DNA of 32,000 nucleotides from Demequinaceae bacterium (GTDB lineage Bacteria; Actinomycetota; Actinomycetes; Actinomycetales; Demequinaceae): NCBI GenBank assembly GCA_965250005.1, contig OZ252279.1, positions 1,530,001 to 1,562,000 of the forward strand. Reading direction: 5' to 3'. A program made the translations under genes and the position numbers. This document shows, piece after piece, positions 9,604 to 18,587 of the stretch. How positions within the stretch are numbered: position 1 is the stretch's first letter; each line of letters begins with the position of its first letter. The notes beneath the pieces were generated by a model. It worked only from the letters and a program-made list of their open reading frames with translations, was not told where the DNA came from and searched no databases.

Positions 9604-10455
9604 GTGGTTGCGAAGCGCAAGACGTCGCCCCCGTCAACGGACGCCGACGGGGATCGCCGTGTCGCGCGTACATCGCGCAAAAGGAACGCCAAGCCAGCGC
9701 GAGTTGCCGCGCTCATCGTCGCGGCGGACCAGGCCCGGCGGATCTCGGCCACGGTTCGTGGCGCGCTCGCGATACCCGCCGTCGACTTGGTGCTGGTGAT
9801 CGATGACGGCTCAACAGACAACACCCAAGAACTTGCGCGCATGGCTGGAGCAGTGGTGGTGAGACATTCGCATCACCGGGGACGCGCCGCGGCACTGGAG
9901 ACAGGAGTCTCGGTGGCGGGGATGCGCGACGAGCCAGGCAGAATGGGCCGTCACCTTCTGATTCTCGACGGTGGCCTAGGCAACTCCGCCGTTGGAGCAG
10001 CGCCACTTGTGCCGCCTGTAGTCGCGGGTGTCACGGACCTTGCGATCGCACTTACGGATCCGGCGAGTACGGGCCGCTCACCGGGGATGGCGGCGGCTCT
10101 AGCGCGCAAAGCGATCGAGCGCGCGTCAGGCTGGAAGCCGTCACAGCCGCTTTCGCGCATCCGGTGTATCTCACGAGAAGCACTTGAGGCGGCGTTGCCC
10201 CTATCGCGTGGCTCGGGACTCGACCCGGGGATGACACTTGACGTGCTGCTGTCGGGCCACACCGCAACCGAAGTGGAGTGCGACATTCGAGTGAAGCCGC
10301 CAGCCGCGGGCCTGCGTACACCGGTCATGCGATCGAGTCGGTACCGTGACGTGTTGGTCGCCATCAATGCACGCCGAATCCGCAGTGGATTCGAGGCGAC
10401 TCAGAGTGCCGTGGACGGGCGCATTTTGCGCCGCAAGTTGGAGGAGGACGAGTGA
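9604..10455 (+). CDS. Glycosyltransferase family 2-like protein
   Basis: 'VLVIDDGSTDNT' GT-A motif. Its stop overlaps the pheA start (GTGA). The 5' end is uncertain because GTG 9604 abuts the GGAGG. Confidence 0.6.
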   Translation: MVAKRKTSPPSTDADGDRRVARTSRKRNAKPARVAALIVAADQARRISATVRGALAIPAVDLVLVIDDGSTDNTQELARMAGAVVVRHSHHRGRAAALETGVSVAGMRDEPGRMGRHLLILDGGLGNSAVGAAPLVPPVVAGVTDLAIALTDPASTGRSPGMAAALARKAIERASGWKPSQPLSRIRCISREALEAALPLSRGSGLDPGMTLDVLLSGHTATEVECDIRVKPPAAGLRTPVMRSSRYRDVLVAINARRIRSGFEATQSAVDGRILRRKLEEDE

Positions 10456-11402
10456 CGAAGCTCCGCTACGCCTACTTGGGCCCCGAGGGGACGTTCACGG
10501 AGCAGGCGCTCAAGCGCATGGTGAGCGCAGACGATGCGGAGATGGTGCCCGTTGTCGACGTTCTCTCCGCCCTCGGTGCCGTCCGGTCGGGCGAAGCTGA
10601 CTATGCCGTCGTCGCCATTGAGAACACTGTTGAAGGAGGCGTGACGGCGACGCTTGACACGCTCGCGCTGGGATCGCCTTTGGTCATTCTGGGCGAGATT
10701 GTTCTTCCCGTGTCCTTCGAGTTGGTCGCGCGAGACGGCACCGTGGAGACCGACATCAAGGCCATCTCCACGCACTCGCACGCGTGGGCGCAGTGCCGCC
10801 AGTGGCTCAACGAGAATTTTCCGCACGCGGTGCACGTGCCCGCAACGTCCAATGCCGCAGCGCCCATGATTCTCGCCGATGAGGCCCACTCGGTTGACCA
10901 AGTCGGATTCGAGGCTGCGCTGGCGCCCCCGGGGGTGGGGGCTCGTCTTGGGCTGAGCGTCCTGCGCGAAGGCATTGCGGACAATGTCCACGCGATGACC
11001 AGGTTTGTTCGCGTCGGAAAGCCGGAAGCCGTCCCGTCCCCCACCGGCGCCGACAAGACGACCTTGGTGGTGCACCTGCCGACGGACCGCGCGGGTGCTC
11101 TCTTGGAGATGCTCGAGCAGTTCGCCGCGCGCGGAGTCAACCTCTCCCGGATTGAGTCGCGGCCCATCAGCGACCGTCCCGGAGAGTACTCGTTCTCGAT
11201 CGACGCGCTTGGACACGTCGCCGAGGAGAGGGTCGCCGAAGTCCTGATCGGGCTCAGGCGAACGTGCCCGCGCGTGCTATTCCTTGGGTCATACCCGTCA
11301 AACAGAGGCGCTGAGGCCACAGCCATTGACCGCGGAACAGCAGACTCCGATTTTGCCTCTGCTCGCCAGTGGGTGTCGGGGCTACGCGAAGGCCAGCACT
11401 AG
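10452..11402 (+). CDS. pheA: Prephenate dehydratase
   Basis: 'YLGPEGTFTEQA' N-terminus, 'T(R)F' region and ACT-domain 'LSRIESRPI'. GGAGGAGGA RBS; GTG start overlaps the upstream stop. Confidence 0.9.
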   Translation: MTKLRYAYLGPEGTFTEQALKRMVSADDAEMVPVVDVLSALGAVRSGEADYAVVAIENTVEGGVTATLDTLALGSPLVILGEIVLPVSFELVARDGTVETDIKAISTHSHAWAQCRQWLNENFPHAVHVPATSNAAAPMILADEAHSVDQVGFEAALAPPGVGARLGLSVLREGIADNVHAMTRFVRVGKPEAVPSPTGADKTTLVVHLPTDRAGALLEMLEQFAARGVNLSRIESRPISDRPGEYSFSIDALGHVAEERVAEVLIGLRRTCPRVLFLGSYPSNRGAEATAIDRGTADSDFASARQWVSGLREGQH

Positions 11403-12550
11403 CGGCGACGGGTTCTGGGTTCGATGAGAGTTCGCACGGTAAGTACGCTTGGATCGATCCGTGCTCGAACGTGGCTGGCACGGCCAAGCGCCTCGCCATC
11501 GACTTGAACCCGCTGCGGTGCCTCCACTCGGATGTCCACACTGCTGCCGCGCGCGTGGTCAATACGACCTGCGCGCCAGGCCTTAGGCAGAGTTGGCGCG
11601 TTGATGCCAGCTCCCTTCATCCATACCTCGCCAAAGAGTTCCGCCCATCCGGCGATGCCAGCGCGCGAGTCGATCGTCGCAAAGTCGAGAGCCCCATCGT
11701 TGATGCGGGCATCTGGCAGAAGTGTCATCCCGCCGGGTAAGCGGCCGCAGTTGGCGGCGAGCACGCTCCGCATCTGCCCAATTACCGGGTCAGAATCATC
11801 CACACTGACGCTCGCGCGCATCCGCTTGGCGCCCATAAATGGCAACGCGGCGAAGAAGTATGCACCCCATCCCAGGCGAGATTTAAGTTTGTCGTCAGCG
11901 CCGGCGACCATTTCCGCGTCAATGCCGATGCCCGCGAACACCAGAAAGAGATGGTCTTCCTCTTCGCCCTCCTCGTTGCCGACCGAAAGCCATCCCACGT
12001 CGACCTTCGAGTCCATGCCGTCGATCGCGGCGCGAATGGCGGCGGGAATGTCATTTGAGGGGATGTCAAGATTGAGCGCGAGCAGGTTCCCCGTACCGGT
12101 CGGAATGATCCCTAGTGGAACCCCCTTTCCGATTGCTGCCTCCCCCACCGCCCGAACTGTGCCGTCGCCGCCAACTGCGACCAGGACGTCAGCCCCGGCC
12201 TCGACGGCCTCGCGGGCCAATGCGGTTCCAGAATCGTGTGGAGTTGTGTAGAGCCAAACGGGCTCAGGAAGGTAGCGCATCGAGCACGCGCGATACGCTG
12301 CCTCCCTGACTTCGGCAACGCCAGCTTTGGTGGGGTTCGCAATGAAGGCGAATCGCTCGGAGCCTGGTCGTTCCTTCGCGAAGGCGGCAAGAGTCTCCGC
12401 GGGAATCTCTCGGATGAGCAGTGCGCGGCGCAGTAGCGGAGGGACGGCGGATGGCTCACGTTTTCCCAATTGTCGAATGGTGCTGGCTACCATCCAGACC
12501 GTAGTTGACGCGAGGACGAACGCCGCGACGCCAAGGATGTCCCAGACCAT
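11399..12550 (-). CDS. Diacylglycerol kinase-family lipid kinase with N-terminal TM helix
   Basis: 'VAVGGDGTV' and 'GIIPTGTGNLLA' motifs of the DAGK catalytic domain. Confidence 0.85.
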   Translation of the reverse strand: MVWDILGVAAFVLASTTVWMVASTIRQLGKREPSAVPPLLRRALLIREIPAETLAAFAKERPGSERFAFIANPTKAGVAEVREAAYRACSMRYLPEPVWLYTTPHDSGTALAREAVEAGADVLVAVGGDGTVRAVGEAAIGKGVPLGIIPTGTGNLLALNLDIPSNDIPAAIRAAIDGMDSKVDVGWLSVGNEEGEEEDHLFLVFAGIGIDAEMVAGADDKLKSRLGWGAYFFAALPFMGAKRMRASVSVDDSDPVIGQMRSVLAANCGRLPGGMTLLPDARINDGALDFATIDSRAGIAGWAELFGEVWMKGAGINAPTLPKAWRAGRIDHARGSSVDIRVEAPQRVQVDGEALGRASHVRARIDPSVLTVRTLIEPRTRRR

Positions 12551-12556
12551 GGTTCG

Positions 12557-12562
12557 AGCCTA
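12557..12562 (-). promoter_or_regulatory. -10 hexamer TAGGCT placed for a leaderless lipid-kinase mRNA
   Basis: The minus strand reads TAGGCT-CGAACC-ATG: a TANNNT hexamer, 6 nt, then the start codon, with no SD. Confidence 0.4.
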
Positions 12563-12574
12563 CGTTGGCGCGGC

Positions 12575-12580
12575 TAGAGT
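12575..12580 (+). promoter_or_regulatory. -10 hexamer TAGAGT placed for a leaderless serS mRNA
   Basis: The plus strand reads TAGAGT-GGCACC-ATG: a TANNNT hexamer, 6 nt, then the start codon, with no SD. Confidence 0.4.
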
Positions 12581-12586
12581 GGCACC

Positions 12587-13858
12587 ATGATCGACCTAAA
12601 AGTCTTGCGCTCGGAGCCGGATCTCGTACGTGAGAGCCAGCGATCCCGGGGCGAAGACGAGAGCGTCGTGGACTTGGCGCTCGCTGCCGATTCGGAGCAT
12701 CGCGCTGCCTTGACAGAGTTCGAGGCGAAGCGCGCGGAGCAGAAACTGCTCGGCAAGACGGTCGCGCAAGCCAAGGGCGACGACAAAGCTGTCGCGCTCG
12801 ATCAGGCCAAGGCGCTGGCCGCCCAAGTGAAGGCACTCGAGTCGACGGCGAACGCAGCGGCGGAGCGCGCAGTCGAGTCGTCTCGTGCGCTGTCGAACAT
12901 CGTCGCTCCGGGAGTCCCGTCCGGCGGGGAAGCGGACTTTTTGACACTCCGCGAAGTCGGAACGCCTCGCGACTTCGCGGGTGATGGGGTTGCGGTGCGC
13001 GACCACCTCGAAATCGCGGAGGGGCTGGCAGCAATCGATATGGAGCGCGGCGCCAAGGTAAGCGGCGCCCGGTTCTACTTCCTCACGGGAATCGGCGCGC
13101 GCCTCGAACTCGCCATTCTCACCGCCGCGATGGACACGGCCCGTGAGGCGGGTTTCACACCGATGGTCACGCCCACGCTGGTAAAGCCGGAGGTCATGGC
13201 TGGAACAGGGTTCCTCGGCGAGCACGCCGACGAGGTCTATCACCTGGAGGAGGACGACCTCTACTTGACGGGGACATCTGAAGTGGCGCTCGCCGGTTAC
13301 CACGCCAACGAAATCCTTGATCTGGGCGATGGCCCGTTGCGCTACGCGGGCTGGTCGACGTGCTACCGGCGCGAGGCCGGCTCCTACGGCAAGGACACCC
13401 GGGGCATCATCCGCGTGCATCAATTCCAGAAGATCGAGATGTTCTCGTTCTGCGCCGCGGTGGACGCCGTCGCTGAACACAACAAGTTTCTCGCACTCGA
13501 GGAGCAGATGCTCGGCAATCTCGAACTTCCCTACCGCGTGATCGAGACCGCGGCAGGTGATCTTGGCTCGAGCGCCGCTCGCAAGTATGACTGCGAAGCG
13601 TGGCTGCCCAGCCAGCAGCGGTTTATGGAGGTCACATCGACGTCGAACTGCACTACTTTCCAGGCGCGACGCCTCGGAATTCGCGAGCGCGGTGAAGCGG
13701 GCATGGAGCCTGTCGCCACCGTGAACGGCACCATAGGCACCACGCGCTGGATAGTCGCGTTGCTCGAGAACCATCAACAGGCCGACGGTTCGGTGCATGT
13801 TCCCGAGGCTCTGCGCCCCTACCTCGGAGGTCTCGAGCGCCTCGATCCCGTGAACTAG
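12587..13858 (+). CDS. serS: Serine--tRNA ligase
   Basis: 'MIDLKVLR' N-terminus, coiled-coil arm, and class II core motifs ('[10 protein letters not shown]', '[11 protein letters not shown]', 'TVNGT'). Confidence 0.95.
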   Translation: MIDLKVLRSEPDLVRESQRSRGEDESVVDLALAADSEHRAALTEFEAKRAEQKLLGKTVAQAKGDDKAVALDQAKALAAQVKALESTANAAAERAVESSRALSNIVAPGVPSGGEADFLTLREVGTPRDFAGDGVAVRDHLEIAEGLAAIDMERGAKVSGARFYFLTGIGARLELAILTAAMDTAREAGFTPMVTPTLVKPEVMAGTGFLGEHADEVYHLEEDDLYLTGTSEVALAGYHANEILDLGDGPLRYAGWSTCYRREAGSYGKDTRGIIRVHQFQKIEMFSFCAAVDAVAEHNKFLALEEQMLGNLELPYRVIETAAGDLGSSAARKYDCEAWLPSQQRFMEVTSTSNCTTFQARRLGIRERGEAGMEPVATVNGTIGTTRWIVALLENHQQADGSVHVPEALRPYLGGLERLDPVN

Positions 13859-14018
13859 TCGGAGCGGATCATGGGGCACGCTTCCGAGTCCGCCAAAGTC
13901 GCCGCGAATCACCAGGCCGCCAGGACCGGCGGCGGCGGTCGCCCGTCGATTCACGGAGAGTTGGCGCGAATTCGTGAACGCGCTGGCGGGACGAACTACT
14001 AGAGATAGAGTCAGTTTG

Positions 14019-14927
14019 ATGAACTCCGACGGCACCGAGGACAATCGCGGCGCCGACGTGTCCCGGTCGCCGGAGCCCGACGCGGCCACGATGACACCGC
14101 CACTGGATCCCGATTCGTGGCGCATGCTCGGCCTTGACATCGACGGAACGCTCATGCACTGGGGTGGCGACATATCACCTGACGTCGTGCGCGCTGTCGA
14201 GCAAGTCCGCATGTGCCGCAACCACGTGATTCTTGCGACTGGCCGGAATATAATTGCCACGATGCCGGTCGCCGAGACCCTCGGAATTCGCCGCGGCTGG
14301 GCAGTCTGCTCGAACGGGGCAGTAACCATCAAACTGAACCCAGCCTCTCCCGGCGGCTACGACATTACTGAGAAAGTCACGTTCAACCCGCGGGCCGCCC
14401 TGGAACTCATCCGCGACCAACTTCCGGACGCCCTCTATGCGGTCGAAGATTTGGGAGTGGGATTCCGCGTTAGTGAGAATTTCCCGATGGGAGAGCTAGC
14501 GGGCAGGCAACGAGTTGTGCGCTTTGAGGAGTTGTGCGAGTCCGAGGCAACACGCGTCGTGATCCGTGCCCCCGGCAAGGAAGTGTCGCACTTCGACGAG
14601 CTGGTCGCCCAGATTGGATTGAGCGAAGTGACCTATGCGGTGGGCTACTCTGCCTGGCTCGACCTCACTCCGCCCGGGGTCTCCAAGGCATCTGCGCTGG
14701 AGATGCTGCGACGGCAATTGGGCGTCTACCCGGACCACACGGTCGCCGTTGGCGACGGGATGAATGACATTGAGATGTTGAAGTGGGCGGGCCACTCCAC
14801 GGCCATGGGGAACGCCGGCGAGCCGGTCAGGGCGGCTGCTATGGACGTGACGGGAACGGTGGAACAGGACGGCGTGATGAGCGTGCTGACAGACCTGATC
14901 GACCCCGACCGCCTGGCTGTGATGTGA
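14019..14927 (+). CDS. Cof-type HAD-IIB family hydrolase
   Basis: 'GLDIDGTL' motif I and 'GDGMNDIEMLKWAG' motif IV. Start set at ATG 14019 because the codons from 13974 to 14018 are rare (AGA, GAT, AGT, TTG). ATG 14091 is also possible. Confidence 0.8.
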   Translation: MNSDGTEDNRGADVSRSPEPDAATMTPPLDPDSWRMLGLDIDGTLMHWGGDISPDVVRAVEQVRMCRNHVILATGRNIIATMPVAETLGIRRGWAVCSNGAVTIKLNPASPGGYDITEKVTFNPRAALELIRDQLPDALYAVEDLGVGFRVSENFPMGELAGRQRVVRFEELCESEATRVVIRAPGKEVSHFDELVAQIGLSEVTYAVGYSAWLDLTPPGVSKASALEMLRRQLGVYPDHTVAVGDGMNDIEMLKWAGHSTAMGNAGEPVRAAAMDVTGTVEQDGVMSVLTDLIDPDRLAVM

Positions 14928-16174
14928 GCGTTCTTCCGCCTGGCTCGCGCCGCCGCGTAGGCACGCTCGCTGCGTCCCAGCTAGTTGGCGGGATCGGGAT
15001 GGCGTCCGGGCTCGCGGTCGGTGCGTTGCTCGCCGAGAGCATTACTGGCAGAGCGGCGTTGTCGGGCCTACCGCAAACTGCGAACGTGCTTGGCGCGGCC
15101 CTCCTTGCTGTACCGCTCGCACGCCTTGCCGGTCGCGCGGGCCGCCGTACGGCTCTGCTCGCAGGCTTTGCGATCGCCGCTCTGGGTGGGGCAACGGCAC
15201 TTGTCGCGGCGATGATCGGATCGTTCCCACTTCTGATAGTTGGCACGGCGATGGCGGGCGGCGGGTCTGCGGCGGGGTTTCAGGCACGTTTCGCGGCGAC
15301 CGACGGCGTCGAGCCGTCCGGCCACGGCCGAGTACTGGCGCTCGTAGTCTGGACAACGACGGTCGGCGCGATTCTTGGGCCCAACCTGATCGAGCGCGGC
15401 GCGAACCTAGCCGAACGATTGTCAATCCCCGATCTTGCTGGCCCCTGGATAATTGCGACAGTTGCACTGTTTGCTGCCGCGCTGGTAATTGCCTTTGGGC
15501 TCAAGCGCGACCGTCCTATTGACGCGCCACCGAAGGCGGCGCCTATCGCCGACGTGGTGCGCAGCATCGCCCAACATCCGGAGGGACTGATCGGGATCGT
15601 GTCGATCGCTACCGGGCACGTCGTCATGGTCGGAATCATGGCGATGACCGCGGTTCACCTCAACGGCAACGGCTCTAGCCTTCAGATTGTGGGGCTGGTG
15701 ATCAGCGTTCACGTGGCGGGCATGTTCGCACTGAGCCCGTTCTTCGGGTGGGCCGCCGACAAGTGGGGACCGATCAGGGTGATCGTCGGCGGGGCGATCA
15801 CGCTCATGGGCGGAGCGCTTCTCACGGCGGCCGGAGGGGTGCTCGACGACGCATTCCGGCATGCGGAGGCGGAGAGGGTGGTGGGAATTGGGCTACTCCT
15901 CATCGGCCTTGGCTGGTCAGCCGGACTTATCGCCGGGTCAACGATGGTCGCCCGCGCGTCTCATGCCGAGGATGCCGGAGTGACGCCAACCGACATTCAG
16001 GGGGCGTCGGACCTGGTGATGGGGCTGGCGGGCGCAATTGCGGGTGGGCTGTCAGGCGTCGTGCTGTCGGCCATTGGCTACTCCGGGCTGTCGATCGCCG
16101 GCGCATTGCTTGTGATTCCGTTACTCGTGCTCCTTGCCACGCGCGGTCGCGCTATTCTCCAACAAGTGGCATGA
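14924..16174 (+). CDS. MFS transporter
   Basis: Polytopic and hydrophobic throughout. GTG 14924 overlaps the HAD stop (ATGTGA), suggesting translational coupling. The ORF-track 5' extension lies inside the HAD gene. Confidence 0.75.
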   Translation: MSVLPPGSRRRVGTLAASQLVGGIGMASGLAVGALLAESITGRAALSGLPQTANVLGAALLAVPLARLAGRAGRRTALLAGFAIAALGGATALVAAMIGSFPLLIVGTAMAGGGSAAGFQARFAATDGVEPSGHGRVLALVVWTTTVGAILGPNLIERGANLAERLSIPDLAGPWIIATVALFAAALVIAFGLKRDRPIDAPPKAAPIADVVRSIAQHPEGLIGIVSIATGHVVMVGIMAMTAVHLNGNGSSLQIVGLVISVHVAGMFALSPFFGWAADKWGPIRVIVGGAITLMGGALLTAAGGVLDDAFRHAEAERVVGIGLLLIGLGWSAGLIAGSTMVARASHAEDAGVTPTDIQGASDLVMGLAGAIAGGLSGVVLSAIGYSGLSIAGALLVIPLLVLLATRGRAILQQVA

Positions 16175-16202
16175 ATCTCGAACTAGAAGGACGGTACGCG
16201 AC

Positions 16203-17435
16203 ATGAATTGGATCGAGGACCCCGCGCACCACCGATGGCTCGAGGCAGAGACGGACCGGCTCTTCGACTTTGGCGTCGCATCTAGGGATCCGCTCGGCGG
16301 TTTCGGCTGGCTGTCGGAAGACGGCGCACTGGACGCGTCTCATGACACCGAACTGTGGATCACCTGCCGCATGACGCACGTGTACGCGCTCGGTGACTTG
16401 ATGGGACGGCCCGAGGCCGCGAGTCTGGTTGACCACGGCATCGCCGCGCTAAATGGCAGGTTGCGCGACGAGAAGAATGGCGGATGGTTCGCGGCGGTTA
16501 ACGCCGATGGCCCTACGGTGACCGACAAGGAAGCGTACGGGCACGTGTTCGTGGTGCTCGCGGCTTCCTCCGCAGCCGCCGCAGGACGCCCGGGAGCGCG
16601 CGAGCTCCTGTTCGACGCGCTAAAAGTTGTGGACGCCCGATTCTGGGACGACCAAGCAGGGATGAGTCGCGAATCGTTTAGCGAAGATTGGTCTGTAGAA
16701 GAGCAGTATCGGGGCATTAACTCGAATATGCACCTTGTCGAGGCGTACATAGCCGCTGCAGACGTGACTGGCAACCCGGACCTCCTGAAACGAGCGCTCC
16801 GTATCACGGACCGCGCCATCCACGAAAACGCGCGCAACAATAACTGGCGGCTGCCCGAGCACTTCACGGCTACCTGGCAGCCTGATCTCGAATACAACAA
16901 GGACGACCCCGCGCATAGGTTCCGCCCCTATGGCGCGACCATTGGGCATTGGTTCGAGTGGGCTCGCCTCTCGGTTCAGCTCGCCGCATCTATTGAGCAA
17001 GCGGGAATGGCGGCGCCCGAGTGGATGATTCCGGATGCGCGCGCGCTATTCGACGCCGCCGTCAAGGAAGGCTGGAACGTGGATGGAGCGCCAGGGTTTG
17101 TCTGCACCGTCGATTGGAGCGGAAAGCCGGTGGTCCGCGTGCGCTTCCACTGGGTGATCGCAGAAGCCATCGCCGCTGCTGCAGCGCTATTCTCGCGCAC
17201 CGGCACTGAGGAGTACTCAGAGAATTACCGTAGTTGGTGGCAGTTTGTGGGCGCACACCATCTAGATCGTGTGGGTGGATCCTGGTGGCATGAACTCGGG
17301 CCAGACAACACCGTGTCCCGAACGGTATGGACAGGGAAGGTCGACACCTATCACGCTCTCCAGTCGACACTCTTTGCGCGACTGCCGCTCAACCCTGCGC
17401 TTGCGCCCTCGCTCGCCGCAGGGAACTTGCGGTAG
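16203..17435 (+). CDS. AGE-family (N-acylglucosamine 2-epimerase-like) epimerase/isomerase
   Basis: Start at ATG 16203 (GAAGGA upstream). Segments 'GGFGWLSEDG', 'NMHLVEAY', 'GHWFEWARL' and 'GGSWWHEL' are typical of the (alpha/alpha)6-barrel AGE family as I recall it. Confidence 0.7.
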   Translation: MNWIEDPAHHRWLEAETDRLFDFGVASRDPLGGFGWLSEDGALDASHDTELWITCRMTHVYALGDLMGRPEAASLVDHGIAALNGRLRDEKNGGWFAAVNADGPTVTDKEAYGHVFVVLAASSAAAAGRPGARELLFDALKVVDARFWDDQAGMSRESFSEDWSVEEQYRGINSNMHLVEAYIAAADVTGNPDLLKRALRITDRAIHENARNNNWRLPEHFTATWQPDLEYNKDDPAHRFRPYGATIGHWFEWARLSVQLAASIEQAGMAAPEWMIPDARALFDAAVKEGWNVDGAPGFVCTVDWSGKPVVRVRFHWVIAEAIAAAAALFSRTGTEEYSENYRSWWQFVGAHHLDRVGGSWWHELGPDNTVSRTVWTGKVDTYHALQSTLFARLPLNPALAPSLAAGNLR

Positions 17436-17444
17436 CTCGCGCCG

Positions 17445-18410
17445 TCATTCGACGGTAAGAATCAGTTTTCCGAATACTCTGCCCGACTCGAGTTCTGTAT
17501 GAGCTCGCGAGGCCTCGGCCAGCGGGTAGGTGCCATGGACAATGGGCCGCACCTCAGAAGGGATCAGCGGCCACACGTTCTGACGCGTCGCAGCCACAAT
17601 GGCCGCTTTCTCTGCGAATGGGCGTGCTCGGAGCGTATTGCTCAGGACGGTGCCCCCCTTGCGCATGAGCATTCCCAGGTCAAGGTTTGCGGTGGAGCCG
17701 CCTTGGAGGCCGATAATCACGAGTCGGCCATGCTGGGTCAGTGTCTCTAGGTTGCGCTCCAGATACGCTGCGCCGACGACGTCGAGAATGACGTCGGCTC
17801 CTCCCAAGTCGGAAACCACGGGCACGAAGTTCTCGGTCTCGTAGTCGACCGCGACATCCGCGCCCAGGTTCGCGCACCGCGCTGTCCGCTCGGGGCCGCG
17901 GGCGGTCGCGACAACGGTCATGCCGATCGCCTTTCCAATTTGTATCGCCGTGGTTCCGATTCCGCCGCTTCCACCGTGAACTAGCAACGTTTCGCCGCTC
18001 TTCGCCCTAGCCGCAGCGAGGTTTGACCACACCGTGCATGCCGCCTCAACCAAGCCGCCCGCCTCCACAAGCGGAACGCCTTTGGGCGCGGGTATTACGA
18101 GCTCCTCGGGGGCGGCAAAGAGTGATGCGTAGCCGCCTCCGGTCAACAGCGCGCAAACCTCGTCCCCAGCCGCGTACTCGAGGACTTCGGCACCGACGGC
18201 CACCACGGTCCCGCTCGCCTCTAGTCCTGGCCACTCGGGCGCACCCTCTGGCGCTGGATACTTTCCCTCACGCTGGAGGATGTCAGCTCGGTTGATTCCG
18301 GCGCCACTCGTCCTCACCAATACCTCGCGCGGACCGGGAATTGGGTCGATCCTCTCCTGAATCTCGAACACCCCAGGTCCACCGAAACTGGACAAAGTGA
18401 CAACCTTCAC
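17445..18410 (-). CDS. NAD(P)H:quinone oxidoreductase (MDR superfamily)
   Basis: 'GINRADILQREGKYP' and the cofactor loop 'LVHGGSGGIGTTAIQ'. Confidence 0.85.
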   Translation of the reverse strand: MKVVTLSSFGGPGVFEIQERIDPIPGPREVLVRTSGAGINRADILQREGKYPAPEGAPEWPGLEASGTVVAVGAEVLEYAAGDEVCALLTGGGYASLFAAPEELVIPAPKGVPLVEAGGLVEAACTVWSNLAAARAKSGETLLVHGGSGGIGTTAIQIGKAIGMTVVATARGPERTARCANLGADVAVDYETENFVPVVSDLGGADVILDVVGAAYLERNLETLTQHGRLVIIGLQGGSTANLDLGMLMRKGGTVLSNTLRARPFAEKAAIVAATRQNVWPLIPSEVRPIVHGTYPLAEASRAHTELESGRVFGKLILTVE

Positions 18411-18587
18411 AGAATTACCCCCGAATGTTCCGTCATGACCGGCATGTCCCAGCGTCTCATGTGTAAGGAGATATGCAGTTTGTGCTCATGAATGTTGGCA
18501 ATGAGGCCGATAAGTTGGGGTACGAGAGGTGTGTTTTCCGTTCACATCCGGTCGGTAGCGTGCCGACAGAGGCAAGAGAGAGGTCTC

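Noticed and set aside
11399-11402. pheA and the lipid-kinase gene overlap tail-to-tail, sharing the palindrome CTAG as both stop codons
   Set aside because: It is real but trivial: a 4-nt convergent overlap through a self-complementary stop. No extra structure or function is implied.
12596-14332. 578-aa ORF on the minus strand, the longest unassigned ORF in the track
   Set aside because: It is antisense to serS and the following spacer. The translation is Arg/Ala-rich with no recognisable motifs, which is typical of shadow ORFs in GC-rich DNA. serS on the plus strand has unambiguous class II synthetase motifs.
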